In this document: positions 27,950 through 40,829 of the stretch, piece by piece
Numbering within the stretch: the first letter of the stretch is position 1
Layout of the letters: every line of letters begins with the position of its first letter
NCBI GenBank assembly: GCA_013265495.1
Contig: MU058039.1
Span: forward strand, 374,591-438,590
From: Vicugna vicugna
Taxonomy: Eukaryota
Length of the DNA stretch: 64,000 nt
Direction: 5' to 3'
Position numbers and translations under genes: made by a program
Notes under the pieces: generated by a model
The model's input: only the letters and a program-made list of their open reading frames with translations
Databases searched by the model: none
Told to the model about the DNA's origin: nothing

Positions 27950-28950
27950 CAAGGAGCTCCCATGGACGGGGTCCCCCCTCCCCCGAGTGGTGCCTCATAA
28001 GAGCCTCCCTTTCATTCGACCCCCAAGCCTACAGAGACTCAGGACCTTTCTGCCATACCACATCTGTCGGAGTCCCAGGTGGCAAGCTTGGGATGAAAAG
28101 AATTGCACCATCCTTCAAGAGGTATGTCCACGGCTCTGGACTACATTTCCCAGGGGCCACCGCGATCTCGGCCCCTTCCAGTCAAAAGACCGCGATGGTT
28201 TATTGTCCACGTTCTCCGAGAGGCGCTCTGGTTGGCGGAGAAAGTGTAGCGTCACGTCGACAGTTGATGCTTGTGTTCTAAACGCGGCCTGAAACTCGTT
28301 GAAGCGCTCTGCCACGGGTATGAGCGATGTGAGGAACACAGTGTTTGCTGAGCGAAGGAACAGGGTCCAAGACCGAGGCCTGTGAATTGAAACCGTTGGG
28401 CTCTAGGCTCTTAAAGGCAGCCTAGGCTCCGGATTACATTTCCCAATGTCCACTGTACCCAAGGCAGCGTCCCGTCCGCGCACCGGCCCTTTCAGGACGG
28501 GACGGGGGATTCCCCGCGAGTCCCTGAGGCACATCCACGGCTTGAGGGAACCGCAGAGCCAGGTGAGTGAGTCTGAGACCCGGAAGCGGAATGACCCCAG
28601 AGAGGCCGAGGCCGCGGGGGGAGGCAGTGAGGAGCTAACGTTTTCGGAGTCTGAGGCTTTACCGGCGGTGTGGGAGGGAAGGTAGTAGGGAGTTGTTTGT
28701 GCCCCCGCGCGCGCCAGCGGTCGCGATAGGGAACCTTCGGTGCTTGTGTGAAATGGATAAAAGACCGAGGGGTGGGGGTAATTGCAGGGGAATCGTAGAA
28801 GTGTGTGTGTGTGTGTGTGTACGTGTACACGTAGACGATGCGGTGGTGACTGGAGCTGTATGTGATTGTAATGGACTATTTAGGTGTGACTGTGCACGTA
28901 TAGGATTGTGACTGCGTCACCATGTGCGTAACTGTTTGTGTAAATGCGAT
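27950..28950 (+). promoter_or_regulatory. ZNF790: CpG island promoter and candidate first exon of ZNF790
   Basis: High CpG density, ACTACATTTCCCAG at 28140-28153 and ATTACATTTCCCAA at 28433-28446, ETS-like CCGGAAG near 28581, consensus donor CAG|GTGAGT after 28562, and (GT)10 at 28801-28820. Confidence 0.85.
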
Positions 28951-28959
28951 AACAGCAGC

Positions 28960-29771
28960 TGTGGGGCCAGAAACTGAGCATTGGGTTTTGTAACATTCAC
29001 AGCCATTCCTGAATGTGTGGAGAGCAGTTTCTGTGGTGGCTGTTAGTTGGAGTAGGGTAACATAGAATGAGGGAAGGGGAGTAGGAGACAGTGTAGACCA
29101 CGTATTCCAAGAGTTTCTTTGTAAATATAAGCAGAGAAATGGAACAGCAACTGGTAGGGGAGAAATAACCTATCAGTATGCTGGTGGGAATGAACCGTTA
29201 GAGAAGGAAAAGTAGAAGGGAAAGGTAAGTAAGCCAGGCTTATCTGTGTGGGTGTATTGAAATTGCAGGAATAGAAGAAGGGTAGTAGTATTGCAGAGAA
29301 CTAGCCATGAACCGTGAGTTTTCGGAAACAAGGGGAAAGAATTATTCAGTATTTGGTAGATAGCAGTAGTGAGATGTGGTGAGTTATTTATAATTTCTTG
29401 GCATGAAATTCAAAAGTAGAGCTTTTGTGGAGGAGGAAGGTCTAAAAGTTCTAAGAGCAAGGATGACACCTGTCTCACTTCCAGACTCAGTGGCAAGAGG
29501 CTATAGGGAGGAAAAAAAAAACATTGAGAGAGCTGCAAGAGACCTCTGGAGAGAGCCAGATTTCTGTTAGACCCAAAGGTGAAGGGAGTGTTCAGGGAAG
29601 TGATTGAGGATAAAAGGGATTTGTTATTACTGAGTTATGAATTCCAGAAGGCATACTGGAAAGTGTCAAGAATTGGGGAGTGATGAGAAAAGGGACATCC
29701 AACTGATGGGAAGTACACTGTCTGTAAAGAAAGATGACCACAGAGCCTAGGACTTCTATGATGGACATAAA
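28960..29771 (-). mobile_element. L2 body fragment
   Basis: Purine-rich L2-like sequence (aagagtttctttgtaaatataagcagagaaatggaacagcaactgg). Confidence 0.6.
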
Positions 29772-30464
29772 TGTTACCGAAATTCAGATCTGGCTGCTTG
29801 TAAGCCAATATTCAAGGGGCAAGTATTGGTAGAAAGGAAAATTTTCTTTATTCTAGAGGCTGGCAACCAAGGGACATAGTGGACTCATGTCCAAAGGCCA
29901 ACTCCCCACTGAGAAGTGGTGGGCAAGAGCTTTTAAAGGGGAGTTTCAGGGTGTGTAGGTGAAGAGAGGGAGCTACATGCAGAAACTGACAGTTGTCTTG
30001 AAATTGGTCATGTGGTGGTCTTATCAGCATCATCTTTATTGTTTTAATTTTAAGTACAGTTAATCTTCAGTTCCAGCGTGGGTTTGTTCCCATTTCCTTG
30101 AGGCCGTTTCTCAGAACTGTGGCAGCTCATGTCATGGCTACAATCTGGTCATCATGTAGTTAACTTCTCCCATCTGGTGGGGTTTCAGTATCTACAAAAC
30201 AGCTCAAAGGATATGGCTCAGAATATTATTTATAGCCCTTCAAGAGGAACTAAAGGTCCTTGCCTTTGCTTAATGATTAAACTATTATTATTTTGTCCTG
30301 CATGACTGCTTTTCCTTTGTTTCTGCATTTTCTCATTTCTCTGATAAAATTTATTCTTCGACTAAAGCTTTTCTGCAGACAAAAGACAGGCAGAGGACAT
30401 ATGGGGAGACTGGGTGGTGGAGGATCTCTCCTGGGAAGGCACTTTAGGGTCCTGCTCCATTTCA
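29772..30464 (-). mobile_element. Complete solo ERV1-class LTR (693 bp) in ZNF790 intron 1, antisense
   Basis: TGAAATGGAGCAGGACCC ... GGTAACA termini on -, AATAAA about 75 nt from the 3' end, perfect 4-bp TSD TAAA. Confidence 0.88.
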
Positions 30465-30609
30465 TAAAGATGGATAAAGGGAATTTTGATGTTTATTCTG
30501 GTTGGTTTTCACAACAGTGTTGGAGAGGTAGTGTTTAGATAGAAGGAGGTGGAGTTTTGAGTATGCCCTTTGAAAGAGGGAAGCCGGGGATAGAACCTTT
30601 AAGAGTGGT

Positions 30610-31122
30610 TGGGGTAAGCAGAATAATGCCTCTGCAAAGATGTCTAGGTCCTAATCCCTAGAACCTGTGAATATCTCACCTTTCAAGGCAAAAAGGACTT
30701 TGTAGATAGGCTTAAGTTAAGGACCTTGAAGTGAGGAGATTATCCTAGATTATCCAGTTAGGCCCAAACTAATCACATGGATCTTTAAGTCAGTAAACCT
30801 TTTCCAGCTGAGTTTAGAGTCAGAGGGAGATGTGATCACGGAACAGTGGTGCAAAGTTGCCAAGAGATGCAAAGTTGCTGGCTGGATAAAGGAAGGTAGT
30901 CTTGAGCCAAGGAGAGTTGTTGGCTGCTAGAAACCAGAAAACGTAGGGAAATTAATTCTCCCCTAAAGCCTGCAGAAAGGAAAACAACTCTGCCAACACC
31001 TTGATTTTAGCCCAGTGAGAACCACGTTAGACTTTTACCTAACAGTAAGGTTAATAAAGTTGTATTGTTTTTAGCCACTGCATTTATGATAATTTGTTAC
31101 TCAGTAGTAGAAAACTAATACA
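30610..31122 (+). mobile_element. Complete MLT1D-like MaLR solo LTR
   Basis: 513 bp with TG...aaactaataCA ends, perfect 5-bp TSD GTGGT, AATAAA, and typical gcagaataatg..cctaatccctagaacctgtgaata. Confidence 0.9.
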
Positions 31123-31569
31123 GTGGTGTAGTGTCCTAGCCTCAGTGCTGTGGAAGGGTTTTGGGCCCTGTGACATGAGGAACATCAGTTCCTATTGATA
31201 AAATTCAGGACTTTAGGTAAAGCACATAGGCCCCCTCTTTTTTTAGTTTATAGTTTTGCTGCATTGTCATATTTTTTAACATTGGGATTTAATAAATTTC
31301 TCTTTTTGATATAATATATGGCCAGTTTATAGCTGTTTGTTTTCTACTTGATTTATCTTGGATTGAGAAAAATGTATTAAAATTCTCTTCTCTATTATTA
31401 ATGAAATTTTATCTTGTATAACCTGTAACTTCTGCTTTATGAAAGTGATAAATAGATACTCATAATTGTTATGTGTTTATTGTGAATTTTAGACTTTAGT
31501 ATTTTCACATGCTCAAGATCATGGCCCTTGCTTATTTTTGTTTGTTTGCATTTGCCTTATACATTTCTC

Positions 31570-32460
31570 CATAATTTGTAAAATAAACTTTTTATTGAAG
31601 TTTATCCTATATGCATGCAAGTATATACATGATAATACATTCAAGAAACCAATACAATCAAAACTGTATTCCTTGAGTTACCACAAAGGGAACACCCATG
31701 TAGTAAGTGCCAGATCAAGAAATAAACATTGCCTACATCCCAGAAGTCCCTCTTGCATTCATGTTCAGTCAGTAGCTCCCTGAGAGTAACCACCATATAT
31801 CAATTTTGTCTGTTTTTGAACTTACGTATCAGTGAAATCACAGTATTCAGCCTTTTGCTTTGCCTTTTTTGTTCAACATTATGTTTGTGAGATTCATCCA
31901 TATTGTTGTGTGTAGAAACACCTTACTGTTTGCATTGCTAAATGCACTAGTATTCCAGTGCCTGAATATACCAACTATATTTGTCCATTCAACAGTTACC
32001 ATACTGTTGACAGACATTTGAATTTTTCCAACTTCGGACTTTCACGAATAATGATGCTAGGAGCTTTCTCATATTTGTCATTTTGCATTCATGTGTATCT
32101 GTTTCTGTTAGGTCTATTTCTAGGAGAGACTTGCTGGGTCATAGGATATGCAAATCCACTTAAGCAGGTACTGCCAGTTTTCCAAAATGGTTGAATCAGT
32201 TAATGCTCCAGTCAACAGTTTATGCAAGTTCCAACTACTCCACTTTCTCATTCACACGTGGTATTGTCTGACTGTAAAATTTTTGCCAGTATGGTGGATC
32301 TATATAGTATTGCACTGTGTTTTTCTTAACTTATAACTAATGAAGTTGAGTGCTTTTGTTTTAATGACTCTTGACCATTTGGGTATCTTCCTTTGGGAAG
32401 TGCCTACTGAGGTCCTTTGCCTGTCCTTTGGGAAGTATCTGTTCAAGTTTTTGAGCAAAG
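31570..32460 (-). mobile_element. Old L1 3' end and ORF2 C-terminus
   Basis: gttcaacattatgtttgtgagattcatccatattgttg and ttgctgggtcataggatatg. Confidence 0.75.
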
Positions 32461-33014
32461 GACACTTCCTTTGGGGAAGACCATCTTTTCTCCCTAGTAA
32501 TTTTCTTTGCTCTGAAATATACCTTGTTTTATATTAGTATTGCCTCTTCAGCTTTCTTTTGATTGTGATTTGCATAGTGTATCTTTTACCATCTTTTTAC
32601 TTTTAATCTTCCTATACTGTTATATTGAGGATAAATGACATCTTGAAAATCATCAGCCTTTCATCTCATAAACGGGTTAAATTCCTCTATTCGCTAGATA
32701 TTCTTTAATTTCTGTGTTTTATTTATAATAATATAGAGACCTTGTACATATTTTGTTAAAGTTTAAATAGATATTTGAATTTTTGTTGCTATTACAAATG
32801 CTATCACTTGAAATATAATTTTTAATTTCTTAATTTTTACATGTACATTGAAATGCAGTTGACATTTTTACTCTCACTTTACATTTGTATTCTTAAATAT
32901 TTCTAAGTTTCTATTCATGACTTTTCAGCTTTAAATGATGTCCTTTCTCTTTTAGTTACTACAAATGAGGTAATTGATGAACTTGTGTATTTTCCATTTT
33001 ATAACCTTTATCAC

Positions 33015-33503
33015 TATATTAGTCACTTATTGCTATAAAATTACCCTAAAATAACAAGTATTTATTTTTTTACACCATTTTTGTGGATCAGGAATTCAGG
33101 AATGGCTTAGCATGGAGGTTTGGCTTAGGGTCTCATGGAGTTGCAGCTAAACTTTTGGGCAGGGCTACAGTCATATGAAAGCATGGCTGGGGCTGGAGGA
33201 TCACCTTCCAAGATGATTCTTTAACATGACTGTTGGCAATAGATCCTGTTCTTCTCTATGTGGACCTCCACAGGGCTGCTTGAGTGTCCTCATGACTTGT
33301 CATCTGGCTTTCCCCAGAGCAAAAGGACAGCAAGAGTATATAAGATAGGAGCCAGAATATCTTTTATGATCTATCCTCATATTCCACCCTTCCACAACAT
33401 CTTTTAGTACACAAGTCAGCCCTATTCAGTGTAGGAGGCAACTACACAATGTTAATAACAAATATTGGGTACCCTTGGGGGCCATCTAGCACGCAGGCTA
33501 ACA
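33015..33503 (-). mobile_element. Old MLT1 (MaLR) LTR
   Basis: tgtggatcaggaattcaggaatggcttagc, ggctggggctggaggatcaccttccaagatg and gggctgcttgagtgtcctcatgac. Confidence 0.8.
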
Positions 33504-34789
33504 TAATCTCCATCTTACTTTTTGATTTAGATTTGCATTTAAATATGCTCAGCATCACTGCTTTTGCTGAAATTTTCCCTATTGCCTCCTTTTTGGCTGA
33601 AATATGTCCACCAATACTTCAGAACGGGCTTGTGTGAACAATAGTCCCCAAATCCTTGCATCGTAGAACTCTTTATATCCTTCATACCTGAAGGACAGGT
33701 TGTCTGTATGTGAAATCTCTGACTGCACTCATTTGTTTTTCCACAAGTATACTGTAGGGGCTGCCTCACTATTTGGAGCACTGAATTTAGCAGTGGAGAA
33801 GTCTAATGACAACTGAATTTCCTTTTTCTTAATAGGAAAAAGCATATTTGATATTTTTATTTTGATTCCTCATAGGTTTTAGTCTAATAATTTTATTAGG
33901 AAGTATTTTGGTAGGGACAATGTGAGTCATTTTCTCCTGCAATATGTGTATTTTCATTATGTATATTTGTGTGTTATTTCAGAAAATTATTCTTGACTGT
34001 TAAAAATGTAGTCTTTAACATTTATTCTCTTCCTTGATTTAGATTTCATCTTTAGGGGCACTGCAAGTTGTATCACTTCAGACTTTCATTTTTTTTCCAA
34101 TAATTGTCATGTCTGTCTTTGTTTCATTTTGTTCCATTTGCTAATTTCTATATTTTTTGTTCCATGCTGTACTTTCCGTGGTATTTGTCATATCTTGTGC
34201 TCTTTGTAATTTATTCTTCATTTCTAAAGTGGTTTTGCCTATGTTCTCTTCCATTCTTGAATTCTGCTAACTTTCATGTATGGTCTACTGTCACTCCCTT
34301 CCCTTTCCTGAGATCATTGTACCACATGTGCATGTAATCTTGCTTCTGATTATATCATAATTTTATATTGATTATATCATAAATTTCTTTTTTATTCATA
34401 TTGGAATGTTGGGTAATAATTTTAATCTTTTCTGAACTTTTTTAGTGAGTTTTCTTTATGAGCAATCTTTTCAAAATTTTATCTAACAGTATCTTTGGAC
34501 ACAGTGTTTCTAATTTTGTTTCTGTTTTTGGAATGTGATTTTTTTTTTTTTTAGATCTGTCACTGGCACTTTCCTATGAAAAAGGGGAATAGGGCAAAGG
34601 TAGTTTTTTAGCTTCTTCCACTCAAGAGTTCCTTCCTCTACTACAGTAGAAGACAGTTTCTTTAAAAGAGACCCCCTCTGAATAGCCAGGCCTTCTTTGT
34701 TGTTCAGAACCTAACCTGCTTCAGGAAGACTCCTACTGTCAGCTCTGAGTTCCACAGTGTCTTCTTTGCTGTAATTAAAAACTATAGTC

Positions 34790-36150
34790 AAGCTCCTCCC
34801 AATTCATTTGATGAGGCTAGTATTACCTTGATAGCAAAACAGGCAGAGCTTATCTCATAAAAATATGAGTACAGTACAGAAACTCTCAACAAAATACTAA
34901 CAAACCAAATCCAGCAACATGTAAAGTGAATTATACGACATGACCAAGTAAGTGGAATATATCCCAGGAACAAAAGGTTATCTGAACAGCCAAAAATCAA
35001 TTAATGTAATACATCATATCAATAGAAATAAAAAGCAAAAATCATGTGATCATTTTAATAAACATAGGAAAAGCATTTGACAAAAACCAATACACTTTCA
35101 TTATAAAAACACTATAAATTAGGAATGAAAAGGGATTTCCTCAGTTGGATAGGGCATCTACAAAAATCCTACAGCTAACTTAATGGTGAATGTATGAGTG
35201 TTTTCCCCCTAAGATTAGGAACAAAACAAGAATGTCTGCTTTTGCCAATTCTATTCAATATTGTACTGGAGGTTTTAGCCAGGGGAATTAAACAAAAAAA
35301 GAAAAAGCATCTAGACTGGAAAAGAAGTAAAATCATCTCTGTTTTCAGATAACTCAATCTTCTGTATAGAAAATCCTAAGGAATACCACACAGAAACACT
35401 GTTAGAACTAATAAATGAGTTTAGCAAAGTTTCAGGATACAAGATCAATATATAAAATCAGTTGTATATTTATACACTTGGAATGAACCATCCAAAAATG
35501 AAATTAAGAAAGCAGTTCCATTCACAATAGTACCAAAACAAATAAAGTATTTATTAATATATTTAATAACTGAAGTATAAAACTCATACTGTGAAAACTA
35601 CAAAACAGGTATTAAATGCTTGTATATGAATGATCATAGCAGTATTATTTATAATAGTCAAAAGGTGGAAACAACTCAATGTCCAATAATGGATGAACAG
35701 GTAAACAAAAGGTTGTCTGTCCATTCAGCGGAGAATTATTCAGCCATTACTTCAGGAGTGAAATACTGGTACATGCTACAACTTGGATGAGCCTTGAAAA
35801 CATTATGTTAAATGTTTTCGTAATTGTGATAACCAGTCACAATAAGTTTACATATTATATTATTCCATTCATATGAAAGTCCAGAATAGAGAAATCTATA
35901 GAGACAGGAAGTACATTAGTGGTTACTTGTGGTTGGAGAAGAAGCAGAGCGAGAGTGTAAGGGGCTGAGAGGATGGAGAGTAATAGCTGAAGGATATAGG
36001 GTTTCCTTCTGAGGTAATGAAAATACTCTAAAATAGACTTGTGGTGGTTGCACATGTATTAATTTGCTTAAAAAAAACATTGAATTGCTCATGTTAAATG
36101 GGTTAACTGTAGAGCATATGAATTATATCTTGGTAAAGCTTTTTTTTTTT
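34790..36150 (+). mobile_element. L1 RT-region fragment plus L1MB-type 3' end
   Basis: RT motifs (aaagcatttgacaaaa, ccctaagattaggaacaaaacaagaatg, ctattcaatattgtactggagg) followed by an L1MB-like 3' end. Confidence 0.85.
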
Positions 36151-36490
36151 TTTAAAGAATGCAGCCTATGTGTTTTGCCACCTTGAATCCCCCTGACATT
36201 GTCATGCGTCCTTTTACCACCTCCACCATCAGTTACCTTCTTTTCGTATCATTCCTGCTTATAGAAACTCCCTTCAGGATGTGGTCTGCTCCTCATGGGA
36301 ATGAATATTTCTTATTTTTCTTTGCAGCATCTCTGAGGTTTCCTACATAGTTCTTTCCTTTGCTTTTGGCCACATTTCCAAGTAATTTGGAGTTTTCGGT
36401 TTTCTGTTTCCTGATGGTTAGGATTTACTTTTATTTTCCTTGTTCCTTTCCACATGGTTTCCAAGGGGAGTAATGTCAGGTTTAGAACTA

Positions 36491-36707
36491 CAGTTGACCC
36501 TTGAACAACATGGGTTTGAACCAGGAAGGTCCACTTATACATGGATTTTTTCAATAAATAAATACTGTAGTACTACACGTTCCCCTGGTTGGTTGAATCC
36601 TGGGTTGATTGAATCCTCAGATGCAGAACCATGGATATAGAGGAACTCCATAAAGTTATGTGCATATTTTAACTGTGTGAGGGTGGGCGTTGTTCAAAGA
36701 TCAACTG
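36491..36707. mobile_element. Tigger2-like MITE
   Basis: TIRs CAGTTGACCCTTGAACAAC / GTTGTTCAAAGATCAACTG and TA TSD. Confidence 0.9.
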
Positions 36708-37708
36708 TAATTCTTCCCTGAAACTATATAATAATCTTTCAGGTCCTTTCCATTTCCCAACACAAAGTGTATTTCCGTGCATAATTTGTTCTTCAGCTCT
36801 TTATTCTTTTTCCGAAGCACTTTAAGTCCTATTATACCACTGAAATCATCTGTCTCCTAAACCAAATTTGTACTATATGCTTCACCTGAAATTTTCATGA
36901 ACCACCCCCTTCCCAGATTGAGTATATAAGTCTTTCCTCTGCCCTCACACACCAACTCTGTTGTATCTGTAATTAGAAATATTTTAAAACCTTACTTTAA
37001 AATGTAAAATGATTTCTTTGTACATCTAAGATAAGGCCTTACCTCCATAGCCTATCTTTGAGGAGTTTTCATGATCTGGTCCCTGCTACACAAGTCTCCA
37101 TCTGTCATTGGTCTTTTCTTCAACCCTGTACTCCTTGAATGCACAAAGATACTATGTTTAATTTTGACATATTGTTTCCTCTGCTTGAAAATTCTTCTTC
37201 CTTTGGCCTGTCCTCTCTGGTAAGCCCCTGAAGACAGCTGAAGTGCCATCTGCTGTAGAAAGCTCTCCCTTAGTAACTAGTTTGGTTTGGGCTCCTTTGA
37301 ACTACTTGACTCCCCTTCTTCTACAGCCATGATAACCTTTAGCTCTTACTATATTGTGATTGCTTCTTTACTTTTCTGACTGTGAGTTCCCTGAGGGCAG
37401 GTCCTGCGACATATTTATCTGAATCCCCAGTGTCAGACACAGATTGGAGAGTTCCCTTGGGAATGTCTAACTTGGGGTGCATATTGTTAAAGAGGGTATT
37501 CAGAGCAAGTCAAATGCTCTATTCTTGTATCCAGAATACCTTGATCCATGTCATGATTTAGGATAACTAATTGGACTGAAACTCCATCTTTTTTTTATTG
37601 TTGTTGTTTCAAATTCAGGTTTTTGTTTGTTTGTTTGTTGTTTCAGATTCAGTTTTGAAACTTCATCCTGAGTTGAGTCTCTTGGGTTTTGAATAGGACC
37701 AGGATTTC

Positions 37709-37970
37709 CTTTTTTTTTTTAACACCTTTATTGTGGTATGATTCCTGTAATGTAAACTACACATATTTCAGATGTGCAGTGATGAATTTTGATAGATGTA
37801 TACACCAGTGAAACCATCACCACAATCAAGATAGCTAACATTTTCATCACTCTCCAAGAGGTACAAATTTGAAATTCCCAGTTTATCCCCCACCTCATTT
37901 ACCCCTTGGTACTCATAAGTTTGTCCTTTATGTCTGTGAGTCTGTTTCTGTTTTGTAGATAGTTCATTTG
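37709..37970 (-). mobile_element. L1-derived retro-insertion, apparently chimeric
   Basis: Poly-T, polyA signal, and perfect 14-bp TSD AGGACCAGGATTTC at 37695-37708 and 37971-37984. Confidence 0.85.
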
Positions 37971-38156
37971 AGGACCAGGATTTCTGTAGACTCCCTAGGA
38001 CCTTCCTTCAAGGAAGAGAATGGTTCTTAGTCCATTTGAAATCTCTAAGGAAAGCCTGACTTTTCATGATTCCTTCCCTCTAGCTCTATTTTCTGAAGGC
38101 TCTGTTTCACCGGGAGAGGAATCCAGAAGACTGAGCAACTCTTGGAATTTTAAATT

Positions 38157-38165
38157 ATGACCCAT
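38157..38165 (+). CDS. ZNF790: ZNF790 start-codon exon (M-T-H); whole exon 38084-38165
   Basis: Acceptor ttccttccctctag before 38084, then ATG ACC CAT|GTGAGT in phase 0. Typical three-codon start exon of this KRAB-ZNF clade; human ZNF790 starts MAH as I recall. Confidence 0.8.
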
Positions 38166-39035
38166 GTGAGTTGGAATTGGCCCTTCTCCCAAATTATATC
38201 CCATGTGAAAATTTTTATTCCTTATTCTTAAACTGCTTACCTGAATCACTATTCAGTGTGGTAAATGATAGCCATGAAACAGTGCAGTGCCCTCCCTAGA
38301 TGTCCCTCTTCTCTCCAGCATGGCACTCACTACTTCCTGGGTCCTAATACTTTGACAGAGCACTGAAGGAGGAGAAATTATTCCCTTAAAGGAAATAGTA
38401 GAGACTTTCTTTTCTAAACTATGGCTCAACAAGGTGTAACTGAGTGGCTGTAAAGGACACACTACGTGAAAGCTTTTATTTACTCAATGTAATGGGGTGT
38501 TTCAGTTAGGAAAGATGGGAGTTGGTGTTGGTTGGTATTCACTTTAGTAATGGCACTCTGTCATGCTTTTAGATAGAGGGTATAGTAGAAGGTTGAGTTG
38601 AGAGAGAGCTGGGGTCTCTCCAGGAAATCAGTGAGAGATTAATATCACTAGCAAGACATGTGTTCATTGTCAGCTACTTAGCCCAGAGCCCAGAGATTTT
38701 ATGCATTCTTCACAGAAAATAGTATTCAGTTAGGGAGTGTATCTCTTAAGAATCCTCATTCAGGTCCCCAGTACTTCCATAAAAACAAACAAACAAATAA
38801 ATAAAAATTTAAAAATTGGAAAAAGAATCTTTTCAACTTAAGAGAAAAAAACTTTTTCACACATAGTAAATCTGAAGTTGATTATTCCAGGCTGGTGTAG
38901 CCTGTAAGTGAGATCAACAAAGGGCTCATTCATATGATATCTGTTATCCTGGGTGACCATCCTGTTGTCTTGGTGTTTATTACTGGTAGATCATAACAAA
39001 GTTTTGCCAAACAACAGGAGATTTTAAGAGCATAT

Positions 39036-39206
39036 GGGGGGAGGGTATAACTCAAGTGGTAGAACACATGCTTAGCATGCACAAGGTCCTAGGTTCGATC
39101 CCCAGTACCTCCTCTAAAAATAAATAAATAAAAATCTAATTACTTCCTCCAAAATTTTTTTTTTAAAAAAAGGAGTCACTAATGAAAAACAACAACAAAA
39201 ATCCAA
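39036..39206 (+). mobile_element. tRNA-Ala-derived SINE
   Basis: GGGGGGAGGGTATAACTCAAGTGGTAGAAC..TTAGCATGC..GGTTCGATCCCCAGTACCTCC. Perfect TSD AAGAGCATAT at 39026-39035 and 39207-39216. Confidence 0.9.
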
Positions 39207-39375
39207 AAGAGCATATAGGCACTTGGCTTCAGGGACACTAATTTCTGTATTATCTCCCCCCATACTATAAGCACCTAACTCCAGTTTTTTGCTCAGTATG
39301 TATACCATTCCCTGCAGTGCCCCTTTCCATCATTTCCTCTTACATCTGGAAGATTTCTTTTAATTTCACCATTGA

Positions 39376-39546
<171 letters not shown>

Positions 39547-39787
39547 TAAATTCCTGATTTGTACATTGTGAGTTTTTGGATTGTCTTTCAAGTGTCTAGT
39601 GGGATTTCTGACCTATTTCTAGGAAAATGGTTTATGCTTTATAAGTTTGGCAGTAGTCATCATCATTGGGAACCTCCATCCTCCCTATTCTTTACAAATC
39701 CTTTATGCCTTTTTCTTGCCCTTCCTAAAAACTAAGGGACTTACAGAAGCCTTACCATATGGTAATTTCCTATTTCTTATCTTCTGA

Positions 39788-39892
<105 letters not shown>

Positions 39893-40829
39893 TGAGGGCT
39901 GAGCAGGCACAAGGGGACCATCACTGCAGATAGCAGTCTGGCTGTTTAGTGAGGCAGCAACACCTCTGAAATACTATTCTAGAATTCCCCCTGCAGAGGC
40001 CAAAAACCTGTAGATAAAGGCCTGAGACCTGGGAATAAAAGTAACCTTTTCAAAGTGAATTTCCAAATGAACATTCTCTTTACCTTCAAATACCACTTCA
40101 TGTCAGTGTTCTCATTTTTCCTTCATGTTACAAAAGGTAAGTGCCATTCTTTTTCTCCAGTGAGAAATTTATCTGTGGTTTGGATCAAGTTCTTTCCCAT
40201 TTCTCTCTTTTTTTTTTTTCCCATTTGGATATTTGTAAATTTCTTCACTCCCTAAATAAATTTTGACCCTCTTTTTCATTTTATCTGCTATCTCTTGAAT
40301 TTTTCTTATTTTGCCTAGTTTTTCTTTGCTTCAGCATTTCCTTCATTAATCCTTTCTTTTAAGCAATATTTATTGATTTTCTAACTTCATTTTAGGTTTA
40401 GAAGGGTTAACAGAGTATGTAATCAATTTAGAAACTTGGTATTCTTTTCTGACTGGAGCCTCTTCATAAATTTCTGCAAAGTAGGCTCTACATTAAGAGA
40501 ATGCCTAATAGGCTGCTTTGTTATGGTTTCTGGCTACTGTGAAGAGGAAATGGCACGAGAGAGGTTAGGACTAATGAAAGACAATGAGGAGAGAGTATAG
40601 TGTCATAAAAGACAGATTCTGGCTGTCAAAAGGAACCAAGGGGTATATTTGGCAACTATTTGATAATTCATGAATTTCCTGTAATGGGCAGGACTCAGAT
40701 CGAAGTAACATACTCTTGGAGCTTCTTTTTTATTTGAAATATCAAGGGAAAAATAATTTTATTTCCTTATTGGAGTCATGTTTTTAAATTCCAGAACCTA
40801 CATTTATGTTTTAACATTTTTCTTTTTCC

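Noticed and set aside
27916..28911. Several 70-120 aa ORFs in the CpG island, and similar ones at 20.7-22.7 kb and 42.6 kb
   Set aside because: GC-rich sequence is stop-poor; no recognisable domains.
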